Positions 24,803-36,860 of a DNA stretch of 64,000 nucleotides are shown here, in pieces. The first letter of the stretch is position 1, and each line of letters begins with the position of its first letter. Source of the DNA: Euglena gracilis (Eukaryota). The translations under genes and the position numbers were made by a program. Under the pieces are notes generated by a model. It saw nothing but the letters and a program-made list of their open reading frames with translations. It made no database searches and was not told the DNA's origin. The DNA lies in contig CP154954.1 in the NCBI GenBank assembly GCA_039621445.1, forward strand, positions 34,383,737-34,447,736. Reading direction: 5' to 3'.

Positions 24803-27800
24803 AGTTGGGCAACAAAAGGGATTTGCCCCCCAAAAGGGTGGGGTAACACAAAGGATTTTGTTGTTTTGGGGCCCTCGAACAGTTGGGCAACAAAAGGGAT
24901 TTGCCCCCCCAAAACGGGTGGGTAACACAAGGGATTTTGTTATTTTGGGGCCCTCGAACAGTTGGGCAACAAAAGGGATTTGCCCCCCCAAAACGGGTGG
25001 GTAACACAAGGGATTTTGTTGTTTTGGGGCCCTCGAACAGTTGGGCAACCAAAGGGATTTGCCCCCCCAAAACGGGTGGGTAACACAAGGGATTTTGTTG
25101 TTTTGGGGCCCTCGAACAGTTGGGCAACAAAAGGGATTTGCCCCCCCCCCAAAACGGGTGGGTAACACAAGGGATTTTGTTATTTTGGGGCCCTCGAACA
25201 GTTGGGCAACAAAAGGGATTTGCCCCCCAAAACGGGTGGGTAACACAAGGGATTTTGTTATTTTGGGGCCCTCGAACAGTTGGGCAACCAAAGGGATTTG
25301 CCCCCCCAAAACGGGTGGGTAACACAAGGGATTTTGTTATTTTGGGGCCCTCGAACAGTTCGGCAACCAAAGGGATTTGCCCCCCAAAACGGGTGGGTAA
25401 CACAAGGGATTTTGTTGTTTTGGGGCCCTCGAACAGTTGGGCAACCAAAGGGATTTGCCCCCCAAAACGGGTGGGTAACACAAGGGATTTTGTTGATTTG
25501 GGGCCCTCGAACAGTTGGGCAACAAAACGGATTTGCCCCCCCGAAACGGGTGGGTAACACTTGTGTTGGGGCCCTCGAACAGTTCGGCAACAAAAGGGAT
25601 TTGCCCCCCAAAACGAATGGGTAACACAAGGGATTTTGTTATTTTGGGGCCCTCGAACAGTTGGGCAACCAAAGGGATTTGCCCCCCAAAACGGGTGGGT
25701 AACACAAGGGATTTTGTTATTTTGGGGCCCTCGAACAGTTGGGCAACAAAAGGGATTTGCCCCCCAAAACGGGTGGGTAACACAAGGGATTTTGTTGTTT
25801 TGGGGCCCTCGAACAGTTGGGCAACCAAAGGGATTTGCCCCCCAAAACGGGTGGGTAACACAAGGGATTTTGTTGTTTTGGGGCCCTCGAACAGTTGGGC
25901 AACAAAACGGATTTGCCCCCCAAAACGGGTGGGTAACACAAGGGATTTTGTTATTTTGGGGCCCTCGAACAGTTGGGCAACCAAAGGGATTTGCCCCCCC
26001 AAAACGGGTGGGTAACACAAGGGATTTTGTTGTTTTGGGGCCCTCGAACAGTTGGGCAACCAAAGGGATTTGCCCCCCCAAAACGGGTGGGTAACACAAG
26101 GGATTTTGTTGTTTTGGGGCCCTCGAACAGTTGGGCAACAAAAGGGATTTGCCCCCCCAAAACGGGTGGGTAACACAAGGGATTTTGTTATTTTGGGGCC
26201 CTCGAACAGTTCGGCAACCAAAGGGATTTGCCCCCCCAAAACGGGTGGGTAACACAAGGGATTTTGTTGTTTTGGGGCCCTCGAACAGTTGGGCAACAAA
26301 AAGGATTTGCCCCCCCAAAACGGGTGGGTAACACAAGGGATTTTGTTGTTTTGGGCCCCCCAAACATTTGGCAACCAAAAGATATTTGCCCCCCAAAACG
26401 GGTGGGTAACACAAGGGATTTTGTTGTTTTGGGGCCCTCGAACAGTTGGGCAACAAAAGGGATTTGCCCCCCCAAAACGGGTGGGTAACACAAGGGATTT
26501 TGTTGTTTTGGGGCCCTCGAACAGTTCGGCAACCAAAGGGATTTGCCCCCCCAAAACGGGTGGGTAACACAAGGGATTTTGTTGATTTGGGGCCCTCGAA
26601 CAGTTGGGCAACCAAAGGGATTTGCCCCCCCCCAAAACGGGTGGGTAACACAAGGGATTTTGTTATTTTGGGGCCCTCGAACAGTTGGGCAACAAAAGGG
26701 ATTTGCCCCCCCCAAAACGGGTGGGTAACACAAGGGATTTTGTTGTTTTGGGGCCCTCGAACAGTTGGGCAACCAAAGGGATTTGCCCCCCAAAACGGGT
26801 GGGTAACACAAGGGATTTTGTTATGTGGCGCCCTCGAACAGTTGGGCAACCAAAGGGATTTGCCCCCCAAAACGGGTGGGTAACACAAGGGATTTTGTTG
26901 TTTTGGGGCCCTCGAACAGTTGGGCAACCAAAGGGATTTGCCCCCCCCCAAAACGGGTGGGTAACACAAGGGATTTTGTTGTTTTGGGGCCCTCGAACAG
27001 TTGGGCAACAAAAGGGATTTGCCCCCCCAAAACGGGTGGGTAACACAAGGGATTTTGTTGTTTTGGGGCCCTCGAACAGTTGGGCAACCAAAGGGATTTG
27101 CCCCCCAAAACGGGTGGGTAACACAAGGGATTTTGTTGTTTTGGGGCCCTCGAACAGTTGGGCAACAAAAGGGATTTGCCCCCCCAAAACGGGTGGGTAA
27201 CACAAGGGATTTTGTTGATTTGGGGCCCTCGAACAGTTTGGCAACCAAAGGGATTTGCCCCCCCAAAACGGGTGGGTAACACAAGGGATTTTGTTGTTTT
27301 GGGGCCCTCGAACAGTTGGGCAACAAAAGGGATTTGCCCCCCCAAAACGGGTGGGTAACACAAGGGATTTTGTTGTTTTGGGGCCCTCGAACAGTTGAGC
27401 AACAAAACGGATTTGCCCCCCCCAAAACGGGTGGGTAACACAAGGGATTTTGTTGTTTTGGGGCCCTCGAACAGTTGGGCAACAAAAGGGATTTGCCCCC
27501 CAAAACGGGTGGGTAACACAAGGGATTTTGTTGATTTGGGGCCCTCGAACAGTTGAGCAACAAAACGGATTTGCCCCCCCAAAACGGGTGGGTAACACAA
27601 GGGATTTTGTTATTTTGGGGCCCTCGAACCGTTTGGCAACCAAAGGGATTTACCCCCCAAAACGAATGGGTAACACAAGGGATTTTGTTATTTTGGGCCC
27701 TCGAACAGTTCGGCAACCAAAGGGATTTGCCCCCCCAAAACGGGTGGGTAACACAAGGGATTTTGTTATTTTGGGGCCCTCGAACAGTTGGGCAACACAA

Positions 27801-29700
27801 GGGATTTGCCCCCCCCAAAACGGGTGGGTAACACAAGGGATTTTGTTGTTTTGGGGCCCTCGAACAGTTGGGCAACAAAACGGATTTGCCCCCCCAAAAC
27901 GGGTGGGTAACACAAGGGATTTTGTTGTTTTGGGGCCCTCGAACAGTTGGGCAACAAAAGGGATTTGCCCCCCAAAACGGGTGGGTAACACAAGGGATTT
28001 TGTTGTTTTGGGGCCCTCGAACAGTTCGGCAACAAAAGGGATTTGCCCCCCAAAACGGCTGGGTAACACAAGGGATTTTGTTTTTTTTTGGGCCCTCGAA
28101 CAGTTCGGCAACCAAAGGGATTTGCCCCCCAAAACGGGTGGGTAACACAAGGGATTTTGTTATTTTGGGGCCCTCGAACAGTTTGGCAACAAAAGGGATT
28201 TGCCCCCCCAAAACGGGTGGGTAACACAAGGGATTTTGTTATTTTGGGGCCCTCGAACAGTTCGGCAACCAAAGGGATTTGCCCCCCCAAAACGGGTGGG
28301 TAACACAAGGGATTTTGTTGTTTTGGGGCCCTCGAACAGTTGGGCAACAAAAGGGATTTGCCCCCCAAAACGGGTGGGTAACACAAGGGATTTTGTTTTT
28401 TTGGGGCCCTCGAACAGTTCGGCAAACAAAAGGATTTGCCCCCCCAAAACGGGTGGGTAACACAAGGGATTTTGTTGTTTTGGGGCCCTCGAACAGTTGG
28501 GCAACAAAACGGATTTGCCCCCCAAAACGGGTGGGTAACACAAGGGATTTTGTTGTTTTGGGGCCCTCGAACAGTTGGGCAACCAAAGGGATTTGCCCCC
28601 CAAAACGGGTGGGTAACACAAGGGATTTTGTTGTTTTGGGGCCCTCGAACAGTTGGGCAACAAAAGGGATTTGCCCCCCCAAAACGGGTGGGTAACACAA
28701 GGGATTTTGTTATTTTGGGGCCCTCGAACCGTTGGGCAACAAAAGGGATTTGCCCCCCCAAAACGGGTGGGTAACACAAGGGATTTTGTTGTTTTGGGGC
28801 CCTCGAACAGTTGGGCAACAAAGGGATTTGCCCCCCCAAAACGGGTGGGTAACACAAGGGATTTTGTTGTTTTGGGGCCCTCGAACAGTTGGGCAACAAA
28901 AGGGATTTGCCCCCCAAAACGGGTGGGTAACACAAGGGATTTTGTTATTTTGGGGCCCTCGAACAGTTGGGCAACAAAAGGGATTTGCCCCCCCCCCCCG
29001 CCAAAACGGGTGGGTAACACAAGGGATTTTGTTATTTTGGGGCCCTCGAACAGTTGGGCAACAAAAGGGATTTGCCCCCCCCCAAAACGGGTGGGTAACA
29101 CAAGGGATTTTGTTGTTTTGGGGCCCTCGAACAGTTGGGCAACAAAAGGGATTTGCCCCCCCAAAACGGGTGGGTAACACAAGGGATTTTGTTGTTTTGG
29201 GGCCCTCGAACAGTTCGGCAACAAAAGGGATTTGCCCCCCCAAAACGGGTGGGTAACACAAGGGATTTTGTTGTTTTGGGGCCCTCGAACAGTTGGGCAA
29301 CAAAAGGGATTTGCCCCCCCAAAACGGGTGGGTAACACAAGGGATTTTGTTAATTTGCGGCCCTCGAACAGTTGGGCAACAAAGGGATTTGCCCCCCAAA
29401 ACGGGTGGGTAACACAAGGGATTTTGTTGTTTTGGGGCCCTCGAACAGTTGGGCAACAAAAGGGATTTGCCCCCCCAAAACGGGGGGGTAACACAAGGGA
29501 TTTGTTTGTTTTGGGGCCCTCCAACAGTTGGGCAAACAAAAGAGTTTTCCCCCCCCCCAAAACGGGTGGGTAACACAAGGGATTTTGTTGTTTTGGGGCC
29601 CTCGAACAGTTGGGCAACCAAAGGGATTTGCCCCCCCCCCAAAACGGGTGGGTAACACAAGGGATTTTGTTATTTTGGGGCCCTCGAACAGTTGGGCAAC

Positions 29701-29732
<32 letters not shown>

Positions 29733-30870
29733 AATACCCCCCCCCACCCCCCCCCCCCCCCTCCCCCCCCGCCCCCCAAAACGGGTGGGTAACACAAGGG
29801 ATTTTGTTATTTTGGGGCCCTCGAACAGTTGGGCAACCAAAGGGATTTGCCCCCCCAAAACGGGTGGGTAACACAAGGGATTTTGTTATTTTGGGGCCCT
29901 CGAACAGTTCGGCAACCAAAGGGATTTGCCCCCCAAAACGGGTGGGTAACACAAGGGATTTTGTTGTTTTGGGGCCCTCGAACAGTTGGGCAACCAAAGG
30001 GATTTGCCCCCCAAAACGGGTGGGTAACACAAGGGATTTTGTTGTTTTGGGGCCCTCGAACAGTTGGGCAACAAAAGGGGTTTGCCCCCCAAAACGGGTG
30101 GGTAACACAAGGGATTTTGTTATTTTGGGGCCCTCGAACCGTTCGGCAACAAAAGGGATTTGCCCCCCAAAACGGGTGGGTAACACAAGGGATTTTGTTG
30201 TTTTGGGGCCCTCGAACAGTTGGGCAATCAAAGGGATTTGCCCCCCCAAAACGGTGGGTAACAAAAGGGATTTGTTTATTTTGGCCCCTTCGAACAGTTG
30301 GGCAATCTAAGGGATTTGCCCCCCAAAACGGGTGGGTAACACAAGGGATTTTGTTGTTTTGGGGCCCTCGAACAGTTGGGCAACCAAAGGGATTTGCCCC
30401 CCCCCAAAACGGGTGGGTAACACAAGGGATTTTGTTGTTTTGGGGCCCTCGAACAGTTGGGCAACAAAACGGATTTGCCCCCCCAAAACGGGTGGGTAAC
30501 ACAAGGGATTTTGTTATTTTGGGGCCCTCGAACAGTTGGGCACCAAAAGGGATTGCCCCCCCAAAACGGGTGGGTAACACAAGGGATTTTGTTGTTTTGG
30601 GGCCCTCGAACAGTTGGGCAACAAAAGGGATTTGCCCCCCCAAAACGGGTGGGCTACCCCAAGGGTTTTTGTGGTTTGGGGCCCTCGAACCGGTTGGGAA
30701 ACAAAGGGGTTTTGCCCCCCCAAAACGGGTGGGTAACACAAGGGATTTTGTTGTTTTGGGGCCCTCGAACAGTTGGGCAACCAAAGGGATTTGCCCCCCC
30801 AAAACGGGTGGGTAACACAAGGGATTTTGTTGTTTTGGGGCCCCGAACAGTTGAGGCAACCAAAAGGGTT

Positions 30871-30904
<34 letters not shown>

Positions 30905-33900
30905 AAACGGGTGTGTAACACAAGGGATTTTGTTGTTTTGGGGCCCTCGAACAGTTGGGCAACCAAAGGGATTTGCCCCCCCAAAACGGGTGGGTAACAC
31001 AAGGGATTTTGTTATTTTGGGGCCCTCGAACCGTTGGGCAACAAAAGGGATTTGCCCCCCAAAACGGGTGGGTAACACAAGGGATTTTGTTGATTTGGGG
31101 CCCTCGAACAGTTCGGCAACCAAAGGGATTTGCCCCCCCAAAAGGGGGGGGAAACACAGGGGGTTTGGTTATTTGGGGCCCTCGAACAGTTGGGCAACCA
31201 AAGGGATTTGCCCCCCCCCCAAAACGGGTGGGTAACACAAGGGATTTTGTTGTTTTGGGGCCCTCGAACAGTTGGGCAACCAAAGGGATTTGCCCCCCCA
31301 AAACGGGTGGGTAACACAAGGGATTTTGTTATTTGGGGCCCTCGAACCGTTGGGAGCAAAGGGATTTGCCCCCCAAAAAGGTTGGGTAACACAAAAACAC
31401 AAAACAAAAACAAAAAAACGAACAAAACCAAAAAAAAACAATTTGCCCCCCCAAAACCGGTTGGTAAAACAAAGGGTTTTTTTTATTTGGGGCCCTCGAA
31501 CAGTTGGGCAACCAAAGGGATTTGCCCCCCCAAAACGGGTGGGTAACACAAGGGATTTTGTTATTTTGGGGCCCTCGAACCGTTCGCCAACCAAAGGGAT
31601 TTGCCCCCCCAAAACGGGTGGGTAACACAAGGGATTTTGTTGTTTTGGGGCCCTCGAACAGTTCGGCAACCAAAGGGATTTGCCCCCCCCCAAAACGGGT
31701 GGGTAACACAAGGGATTTTGTTTTTTTGGGGCCCTCGAACAGTTGGGCAACAAAACGGATTTGCCCCCCAAAACGGGTGGGTAACACAAGGGATTTTGTT
31801 ATGTTGGGGCGCTTGAACGGTTAGGCAACAAAAGGGAGTTGTCCCCCAAAACGGGTGGGTAACACAAGGGATTTTGTTGTTGGGGCCCTCGAACAGTTGG
31901 GCAACAAAGGGATTGCCCCCCCAAAACGGGTGGGTAACACAAGGGATTTTGTTATTTTGGGGCCGTCGAACAGTTGGGCAACAAAGGGATTTGCCCCCCA
32001 AAACGGGTGGGTAACACAAGGGATTTTGTTGTTTTGGGGCCCTCGAACAGTTGGGCAACCAAAGGGATTTGCCCCCCAAAACGGGTGGGTAACACAAGGG
32101 ATTTTGTTGTTTTGGGGCCCTCGAACAGTTGAGCAACAAAAGGGATTTGCCCCCCAAAACGGGTGGGTAACACAAGGGATTTTGTTGTTTTGGCGCCCTC
32201 GAACAGTGGAACAAAAAAGCGGATTTCCCCCCCCCCAAAACGGGTGGGTAACACAAGGGATTTTGTTGTTTGGGGGCCCTCGAACAGTTGGGCAACAAAA
32301 GGGATTTGCCCCCCCAAAACGGGTGGGTAACACAAGGGATTTTGTTGGTTGGGGCCCTCGAACAGTTGGGCAACAAAGGGATTTGCCCCCCAAAACGGGG
32401 GGGTAACACAAGGGATTTTGTTGTTTGGGGCCCTCGAACAGTTGGGGCAACCAAAGGGATTTGCCCCCCCAAAACGGGTGGGTAACACAAGGGATTTTGT
32501 TATTTTGGGGCCCTCGAACAGTTGGGCAACAAAGGGATTTGCCCCCCCCCAAAACGGGTGGGTAACACAAGGGATTTTGTTGTTTTGGGGCCCTCGAACA
32601 GTTGGGCAACCAAAGGGATTTGCCCCCCCAAAACGGGTGGGTAACACAAGGGATTTTGTTGTTTTGGGGCCCTCGAACAGTTGGGCAACCAAAGGGATTT
32701 GCCCCCCCAAAACGGGTGGGTAACACAAGGGATTTTGTTGTTTTGGGGCCCTCGAACAGTTGGGCAACCAAAGGGATTTGCCCCCCCAAAACGGGTGGGT
32801 AACACAAGGGATTTTGTTATTTTGGGGCCCTCGAACAGTTGGGCAACCAAAGGGATTTGCCCCCCAAAAAGGTTGGGTAACACAAGGGATTTTGTTGTTT
32901 TTGGGGCCCCGAACAGTTGGGCAACCAAAGGGATTTGCCCCCCCAAAACGGGTGGGTAACACAAGGGATTTTGTTATTTTGGGGCCCTCGAACCGTTCGC
33001 CAACCAAAGGGATTTGCCCCCCAAAACGGGTGGGTAACACAAGGGATTTTGTTGTTTTGGGGCCCTCGAACAGTTGGGCAACCAAAGGGATTTGCCCCCC
33101 CAAAACGGGTGGGTAACACAAGGGATTTTGTTGTTTTGGGGCCCTCGAACAGTTGGGCAACCAAAGGGATTTGCCCCCCAAAACGGGTGGGTAACACAAG
33201 GGATTTTGTTGTTTTGGGGCCCTCGAACAGTTGGGCAACCAAAGGGATTTGCCCCCCAAAACGGGTGGGTAACACAAGGGATTTTGTTTTTTTTTGGGCC
33301 CTCGAACAGTTGGGCAACCAAAGGGATTTGCCCCCCAAAACGGGTGGGTAACACAAGGGATTGGGGCCCTCGAACAGTTGCCCCCCCAAACAAACACAGG
33401 GATTTTGCCCCCCCCCAACCCCCCCCCCGGGCCGAACACACCCCCCCCCAAACACAGGATTGGGGCCCTCCACAACGGGATTTGCCTCCCCCCCCCCCAA
33501 AACGGGTGGGTAACACAAGGGATTTTTGGGGCCCTCTCCCTTCCCCCCCCCAATCCCCCACCCTCGAACCCCCCCCCCCCCCCCCCCCTCGAACAGTTCG
33601 GCACAAAAGGGATTTGCCCCCCCCAAACAGTGGGCACAAAACAAGGGTTTGTTGTTTTGGGGCCCTCGAACAGGGGGGCCCCCAAACGGGGGGTAAAGGG
33701 TTGGGGCGAGGGGGTGGGGGGGGGGCCCTCGAGTTGGGAAAGGGGGGGGGCCCCAAAAGGGCGGGTGGGTGGGGGGGGGGCTTGCACGGTGGGTAACACA
33801 AGGGATTTTGTTGTTTTGGGGCCCTCGAACCAACAAAACAAAAAAAAAAAAACCAACGGGTGGGTAACACTGGGAGGGGGGGGGGGTAACACAAGGGATT

Positions 33901-35805
33901 TTGTTTTCACCTTTTGTGGGGGGGGGGGGGGGGGGGGTAACACAAGGGATTTTGTTATTTTGGGTTGGGGGGGGTTTTTTTTTGGGGCTTGTGGGGGGAT
34001 GGGGTTTGGGGCCCTCGATTTGGGGGGCAACACAGGGATTTGTTATTTGGGGGGGGTGGTTAACAAAAAAAAGGGGTGTAACACAAGGGATTTTGTGTTT
34101 TGGGGCCCTCGCGGGATTTGAGGGTGGGGTCGGGGGATTTTGTTGTGGGGAGGGGGTTAACCCCCCAAAACGGTGGGGGGATTTTGTTTTGGGGCCCTCG
34201 AACAGTTGAGCAACAAAAGGGATTTGCCCCCCCAAAACGGGTGGGTAACACAAGGGATTTTGTTGTTTTGGGGCCCTCGAACAGTTGGGCAACCAAAGGG
34301 ATTTGCCCCCCCCCCCCCAAAACGGGTGGGTAACACAAGGGATTTTGTTGTTTTGGGGCCCTCGAACAGTTGAGCAACAAAACGGATTTGCCCCCCCAAA
34401 ACGGGTGGGTAACACAAGGGATTTTGTTATTTTGGGGCCCTCGAACAGTTGGGCAGCAAAAGGGATTTGCCCCCCCAAAACGGGTGGGTAACACAAGGGA
34501 TTTTGTTGTTTTGGGGCCCTCGAACAGTTGGGCAACAAAAGGGATTTGCCCCCCCAAAACGGGTGGGTAACACAAGGGATTTTGTTGTTTTGGGGCCCTC
34601 GAACAGTTGGGCAACAAAACGGATTTGCCCCCCAAAACGGGTGGGTAACACAAGGGATTTTGTTGTTTTGGGGCCCTCGAACAGTTGAGCAACAAAACGG
34701 ATTTGCCCCCCCAAAACGGGTGGGTAACACAAGGGATTTTGTTGTTTTGGGGCCCTCGAACAGTTCGGCAACAAAAGGGATTTGCCCCCCCAAAACGGGT
34801 GGGTAACACAAGGGATTTTGTTGTTTTGGGGCCCTCGAACAGTTCGGCAACAAAAGGGATTTGCCCCCCCCAAAACGGGTGGGTAACACAAGGGATTTTG
34901 TTGTTTGCCCCCCAAAACGGGTGGGTAACACAAGGGATTTTGTTGTTTTGGGGCCCTCGAACAGTTGGGCAACAAAACGGATTTGCCCCCCAAAACGAAT
35001 GGGTAACACAAGGGATTTTGTTGTTTTGGGGCCCTCGAACAGTTGAGCAACAAAACGGATTTGCCCCCCCAAAACGGGTGGGTAACACAAGGGATTTTGT
35101 TGTTTTGGGGCCCTCGAACAGTTCGGCAACCAAAGGGATCTGCCCCCCCCAAAACGGGTGGGTAACACAAGGGATTTTGTTGTTTTGGGGCCCTCGAACA
35201 GTTGGGCAACCAAAGGGATTTGCCCCCCCCCAAAACGGGTGGGTAACACAAGGGATTTTGTTGTTTTGGGGCCGTCGAACAGTTGGGCAACAAAAGGGAT
35301 TTGCCCCCCCAAAACGGGTGGGTAACACAAGGGATTTTGTTGTTTTGGGGCCCTCGAACAGTTCGGCAACAAAAGGGTTTTGCCCCCCCCAAAACAGGTG
35401 GGTAACACAAGGGATTTTGTTGTTTTGGGGCCGTCGAACAGTTGGGCAACAAAAGGGATTTGCCCCCCCAAAACGGGTGGGTAACACAAGGGATTTTGTT
35501 GTTTTGGGGCCCTCGAACAGTTGAGCAACAAAACGGATTTGCCCCCCCAAAACGGGTGGGTAACACAAGGGATTTTGTTGTTTTGGGGCCCTCGAACAGT
35601 TCGGCAACCAAAAGGATCTGCCCCCCCAAAACGGGTGGGTAACACAAGGGATTTTGTTATTTTGGGGCCCTCGAACCGTTGGGCAACCAAAGGGTTTTGC
35701 CCCCCCCCCCAAAACGGGTGGGTAACACAAGGGATTTTGTTGTTTCGGGGCCCTCGAACAGTTGGGCAACAAAACGGATTTGCCCCCCCAAAACGGGTGG
35801 GTAAC
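24803..35805. repeat. 78-79-bp tandem satellite array (~140 copies)
   Basis: Unit GGGGCCCTCGAACAGTTGGGCAACAAAAGGGATTTGCCCCCCCAAAACGGGTGGGTAACACAAGGGATTTTGTTGTTTT; length varies with the C-run. Garbled in patches at 29.7-34.2 kb. Confidence 0.99.
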
Positions 35806-36638
35806 GATAAAATATGTGGTGATGAAATTTGTGGTGAGAGGTAGTATGCAATATTCATTTAAACACGGCATCTGACTGGCCATAATTTGTCTGCCTTACG
35901 TGTGGACATTTGCACTGCTGTTCTCCGGTCCACACGGCGTGTTGTTTTGGCCTCATGCTTTTGGCAACTAAACATAATGAATTGACGACGTGCAACGACC
36001 AGTGACTGTTCGACACCTTTTCTGCAACAGTACTGCGTTACAAGAAGTCAAAATTTGGCACCTGAAACACCCGGGTTGCGTCGGGCCGGAGTCCGTTTTC
36101 TGGTTTTTCTCCACCATTTTTCCCTTGAAAACCGTAAAACACACCAGTTTTTGTGCATAATTTGAGGGGAGTGGGTCCCACCGCTTTCATGCAACCAGTC
36201 AAATGGTAAAGGTTCAACACTTCCTTGCACCCAAAATAACGGGTGCTTGAGGGCCATCTCTATCCAGCTGTTGGTTGCCATGCACTGGCACCACGTCGTC
36301 CCCCCAGTCTCACGCACCGGTTGCGGGGAATAACGTGGCCGCTAAAGCTGGGTGTTGTTGCACCGGGGAGGTGGATGCCGGTCTGGTGGGTGCTGAAGCG
36401 TCAGCAGGTGATGTGGCTGCAGCAGCGGAACCCAGGCTGCAGGCCAGCGGCAGGGCCCTTGGGATCCCATAATCGGTGCCGGTGGACGTGTGCCGTTATC
36501 GGGTGGCTGCACACCCACCTTCAGGAGATCCTCTTTTGTGGGACCTGTCAATGGACCAGAAACAGCACCATAATACCATGTGCCGGAGGAGACGGTGTGG
36601 CCATTTGTGTTGAACCCATTCAGAGGCCACAAAGGGTA

Positions 36639-36860
36639 ACCCCCCCCCAAATAAAATGGCGAGGTGCCAGGTTATTGGAACCAACTTTTGGCCTTGTCCC
36701 CCCGCCAGGTTATTTGGGCCACTTTTTCAGCGACGTAAAAGAATTTTGCCTAAAAAGGACCCCGCCAAGTTACTGGAACCATCTTTTTTGCCCCTCCCCC
36801 CGCCAAGTTATTCGGCCCCCGCCAGGAATTGGGACCCTGCCAGGTTATTTGGGGGGGGGT
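36639..36860. mobile_element. MITE with TA target duplication (Tc1/mariner-type)
   Basis: TA|ACCCCCCCCCAAATAA ... TTATTTGGGGGGGGGT|TA, with internal CCCCGCCA(A/G)GTTATT repeats. Confidence 0.75.

Noticed and set aside
24828-24871. CCCCAAAA/TTTTGGGG as ciliate-type telomeric repeats
   Set aside because: They occur once each per unit as arms of an inverted repeat, not as tandem runs.
23829-28229. 1466-aa ORF as a real repeat-integrase fusion protein
   Set aside because: The first ~1140 codons are translated 79-bp satellite, which is nearly stop-free on the minus strand and drifts between frames with C-run length. Only 24800-23829 is integrase.
29700-34200. Diverged sub-domains or insertions in the 79-bp array
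   Set aside because: The changes are homopolymer expansions with the unit still traceable, typical of low-quality long-read consensus.
24803-35805. CRISPR array or repeat-protein gene
   Set aside because: No unique spacers, the unit length is not fixed at a multiple of 3, no cas genes, and the context is eukaryotic.
35806-36640. Continuation of the retrotransposon pol beyond the 79-bp array
   Set aside because: No integrase N-terminal, RNase H or RT motifs in the frames I read, so the array is not a simple insertion into an intact element.
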